Of a stretch of DNA of 64,000 nucleotides, positions 61,142 through 64,000 are shown piece after piece. The DNA is from Convolutriloba macropyga. Its lineage: Eukaryota. The notes under the pieces are model-generated. The model searched no databases, had not been told where the DNA came from, and saw only the letters and a list, made by a program, of their open reading frames with translations. Each line of letters starts with the position of its first letter. The stretch's first letter is position 1. The stretch covers positions 46,562,001 through 46,626,000 of the forward strand of contig NC_134482.1 of the NCBI RefSeq assembly GCF_964194025.1, in the 5' to 3' direction. The translations under genes and the position numbers were made by a program.

Positions 61142-62063
61142 CGATGTGCGGAAACTTGACAAGCTCTATTTAAACGGTCCTGCGTCATTTGGAAGCGCAA
61201 AAAGATTGCAAAATTTGAGTAAATTATCAATGAAGAAAATTAAAATGTATCTGGAAACGAAACCATCTTTCAACAAATACCGTTCACGTCGCCTCAGTTT
61301 TCCAAGGCTTAAAGTTGTTGTTAACGACATAAATGAGATCTGGTCCGTAGATCTAGCATATGTTGATAAACTTGCAAAATACAACGGTGGTGTAAAATAT
61401 CTGCTTGTGGCTGTTGACTGTTTGTCAAGATATCTCAGGGTTGAGCCACTGAAAACAAAATATGCCACAGAGACAGCACAGGTCTTCAAAAAGATGATCA
61501 AGCATAAACAACCTGAGAAAGTTTGGGTTGATGATGGTACAGAGTTCCTAGGTGCCTTCAAAGCCCTATGCACTGAACGCGGAATTCATTTATACAGTAC
61601 GTTCAGTGAGAAAAAGTCTGCTTTTGCGGAAAAAAATATACGCTCTTTGAAAAATATAATCTACAGATATTTAGAAGAAAAGTGGACTTATTCATATCTA
61701 GACAAATTGGATGCGTTTGTTAAAACAATCAATTCTAGAGTAAATCGAACGATAAAGCTCGCTCCGAACAATGTCACGAAGAAAGACGTTCCAAGGCTTG
61801 TGTCCTTGACTGCAAACAAAGCAAATTCTCAGAAACCCAAATTCTATATTGGTGATTTTGTGCGCATAGTGAAAAAAGAGCAGACCTTCGGGAAGGGCTA
61901 CAAACAGTCGTTTACTGACGAGGTATTTGAAATCGCATCTATCCCGACATTGCATCCTCCCACGTATTCTCTTATTGATGAGGATAAAGAAGTTATCCAG
62001 GGTAAATTCTATCAACCCGAACTTCAACTAGTACGAGAGTCTCCTCTAAAATATGGGAAGTAA
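60981..62063 (+). CDS. int: Retroviral-type (rve) DDE integrase
   Basis: WSVDLAY, LVAVDCLSRY, VWVDDGTEF, KSAFAEK; C-terminal IGDFVRI..KGYKQSFTDEVF. Confidence 0.95.
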   Translation: MKRKLHPNNRSKKQKKSGKEDDLNQRKNTKSQESMKVKKRQRKRRVEKTGISIDDVRKLDKLYLNGPASFGSAKRLQNLSKLSMKKIKMYLETKPSFNKYRSRRLSFPRLKVVVNDINEIWSVDLAYVDKLAKYNGGVKYLLVAVDCLSRYLRVEPLKTKYATETAQVFKKMIKHKQPEKVWVDDGTEFLGAFKALCTERGIHLYSTFSEKKSAFAEKNIRSLKNIIYRYLEEKWTYSYLDKLDAFVKTINSRVNRTIKLAPNNVTKKDVPRLVSLTANKANSQKPKFYIGDFVRIVKKEQTFGKGYKQSFTDEVFEIASIPTLHPPTYSLIDEDKEVIQGKFYQPELQLVRESPLKYGK

Positions 62064-62940
62064 ACGATTCGAAGACGAGTTTACGGTACATGTTATTTCT
62101 AGCGCTTCGATGGAGATCTTTGATCAAAACACACTAGCTTCGTTCAGAAATTTTTTCAACGATGAAATTCAACTATCTGGCGACTGGAGGGTAGCTCTAA
62201 GCGAAATTATTTTTCCGACCAAAATTCAGCATGTGGTGAATGGAGATTTGATAGCATATAGTCTTAAGGGTTACAAGGACTCACAAAGAATCTCATCGGA
62301 TGCCAATGTCATTTCTCGACCTTACAGTGGAGAAAAATTCTCTTTCATGACTGGAAACTTTGACACTGTTGCTCAACTTTTATTTACTATCAAGCGAACA
62401 GTTGGACTACCTAATTTTTCGTTTCGTGAAATCAAGAGTACTGGAAAATACGAAATACTTTTTAGTAAAAATGAGGTAATCACTTTTCCTGGTGAAGAAA
62501 TACCCAGTATTGTGGGTTTTACAGGAATTCCAGATAAATATGGTGTACATATTGGGTACAAAATGAATACAGCTACATCAAATAAATTAATGAAGAGCGA
62601 TGAGACAAAAGCTTATTATGGAGAATTCCCTGCTGATCTGTGCGCGGGAAAGCACATAATATTCATTTACACAAACATTATCGAGTATCAATATGTTGGT
62701 GATGCTAAGGCGCCTTTATTACGTGTCATTGATTCAAAACAACGTCTGAAAAACGGTAGCGTGTGTGAACTTGAACCAACACATAGAATAGTCTTTTCAA
62801 ATTTGGACTATAAAAAACTACTTTCAAATATGATTCAATCAATTTCCATAGAGTTACGTACCGAAACAGGTCAATTAGTCCCCTTTTCAGGGACCGGTAA
62901 AGTAATATTGACGTTACAGTTCAAAAATTTGGTGATTAAA
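62053..62940 (+). CDS. Minor capsid protein (penton)
   Basis: SSASMEIFDQNTLASFRN..LSGDWRVALSEI..YTNIIEYQYVGDAKAPLLRVI..ISIELRTETGQLVPF. The natural stop is probably out of frame because of a lost A. Confidence 0.88.
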
Positions 62941-62943
62941 ACA

Positions 62944-63417
62944 ATGGAATCGTACTATACCAATCAAGCATCATCGTTGCCTTATTTTTCTGGACACTAT
63001 AGACAAAGAGGAAGTGGCTTTGGAGCTTTAGCTAGTGGCATAGGTCGAATCGCCTTACCGCTTGCACGAAAATTCCTTCTACCCGCAGCAAAACGTGTCG
63101 GAAAAGAACTTCTCTTGCAAAATGTGCCAGAGTTAGTGGATGTTGTCAGCAAGAAAAAATCCGCAAAGCAAGCGTTGAAAAACACTATTTCGAATACAGT
63201 TAAAAAGCAAACAGGAGGCTCATTAGCACTGCGAATGAGACGACAAAACCGAATGAATCGGAGACGGTCTAAACGATCTGGCTCAAAAGCTAGAAAAAGT
63301 ACTAATATGAGAAAGACAGTCATTTCAAAAAATAAACAGCCAAAAAGAAGTCGGTCGGATTTCTTCGCTAGAGTTAAAGATGATCGGTTATATGTTACCA
63401 ACAGAGGCAACACATAG
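62944..63417 (+). CDS. Basic core / membrane-lytic-like virion protein
   Basis: MESYY..QRGSGFGALASGIGRIALPL..QTGG plus an Arg/Lys-rich tail; lies between penton and MCP. Confidence 0.8.
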   Translation: MESYYTNQASSLPYFSGHYRQRGSGFGALASGIGRIALPLARKFLLPAAKRVGKELLLQNVPELVDVVSKKKSAKQALKNTISNTVKKQTGGSLALRMRRQNRMNRRRSKRSGSKARKSTNMRKTVISKNKQPKRSRSDFFARVKDDRLYVTNRGNT

Positions 63418-64000
63418 TTCCCTGGATCTGTTTGAAAAACCAGCGCTTCTTGTAACTTTTGATGGTAGTTTTTGTCAAAAAGTAGGACCAGTGTACAGCC
63501 CTAACGGACCCATGCTCGAATTTGAGGTGGCTGGAGACAGAAATAATTTTATTGACCTACAAAAAATTTTCCAGGAAATCAAATGCAAGATAGTTCAAGG
63601 TTCTGAAGCCGATTTGAAATATGACGCTAGAGCTGCAGCAGACGTCACCAAAACAGACGCCCCTTACTTCTGCAATAATGTTTTACATTCGCTCTTTTCT
63701 GACTGTACAGTATCTGCCAACGGATTAAAAATTTCAAATGCAAATGGAAATTATGCTCACAAAAGTTTCATTGAAACTGAATTTTCTCATAACAAAGATG
63801 CTAAAGCAACTTGGTTGGCATGTCAAGGTTACTCATACGAAGAGAACCCCGGGGCAATTCCGGCAGCTGAAGTTAACAGACGAAAAGCTTTGGTTAGACA
63901 ATCTGCCGAATGTACTTTTTATGGAAAAGTAGCTGTAGATTTTTTTAATTGTGATCGACATCTTTTGAGTGGTGTGACGCTGCGAATTTTTTTCGACGAT
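63380..64000 (+). CDS. Major capsid protein (double jelly-roll hexon), 5' part; absent from the ORF track
   Basis: Open to the window end: HSSLDLFEKP..GPMLEFEVAG..FIDL..NNVLHSLFS..NYAHKSFIET..DFFNCDRHLLSGVTL. Confidence 0.92.
   Translation, partial: MIGYMLPTEATHSSLDLFEKPALLVTFDGSFCQKVGPVYSPNGPMLEFEVAGDRNNFIDLQKIFQEIKCKIVQGSEADLKYDARAAADVTKTDAPYFCNNVLHSLFSDCTVSANGLKISNANGNYAHKSFIETEFSHNKDAKATWLACQGYSYEENPGAIPAAEVNRRKALVRQSAECTFYGKVAVDFFNCDRHLLSGVTLRIFFDD

Larger units (their letters stand above)
57355..64000 (+). mobile_element. Endogenous Polinton/Maverick (adintovirus-like) element, partial
   Basis: Compact, intronless, co-directional genes: packaging ATPase, rve integrase, minor and major capsid proteins and accessory genes. 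Confidence 0.93.

Noticed and set aside
60029-63413. Minus-strand ORFs inside the virus
   Set aside because: Antisense shadows of well-supported plus-strand genes.

Overview
This is AT-rich, intron- and repeat-rich eukaryotic (invertebrate-animal-like) DNA with one assembly gap (56584-57354). From left to right it holds: (1) a young minus-strand LTR retroelement with ~3.0-kb LTRs, a tRNA-Asn primer-binding site, a polypurine tract and one Gag-like ORF but no pol (<1-8288); (2) a cluster of Merlin-type MITEs (GG ends, 8-bp TSDs; one retains the transposase C-terminus) around a trypsin-like protease exon, plus two tandem microsatellite/hairpin elements (9.4-16.4 kb); (3) a frameshifted Jockey/I-group-like LINE nested in a DNA element, whose ~1.8-kb 3' extension carries four co-oriented tRNA-like A/B-box units and two hairpins with a shared loop but different stems (29.4-35.5 kb); (4) seven phase-1 exons of a plus-strand host gene encoding an EGF domain and two F-type-lectin/discoidin-like domains (38647-56519); (5) after the gap, the left part of an endogenous Polinton/Maverick (adintovirus-like) virus with DEDD nuclease, membrane protein, packaging ATPase, integrase, penton, basic core-like protein and major capsid protein, running off the window end. 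Many CCCGG-ended non-autonomous elements and a 546-bp (AT)n-centred palindrome lie in between. Family assignments come from motif recognition only; no searches were run.
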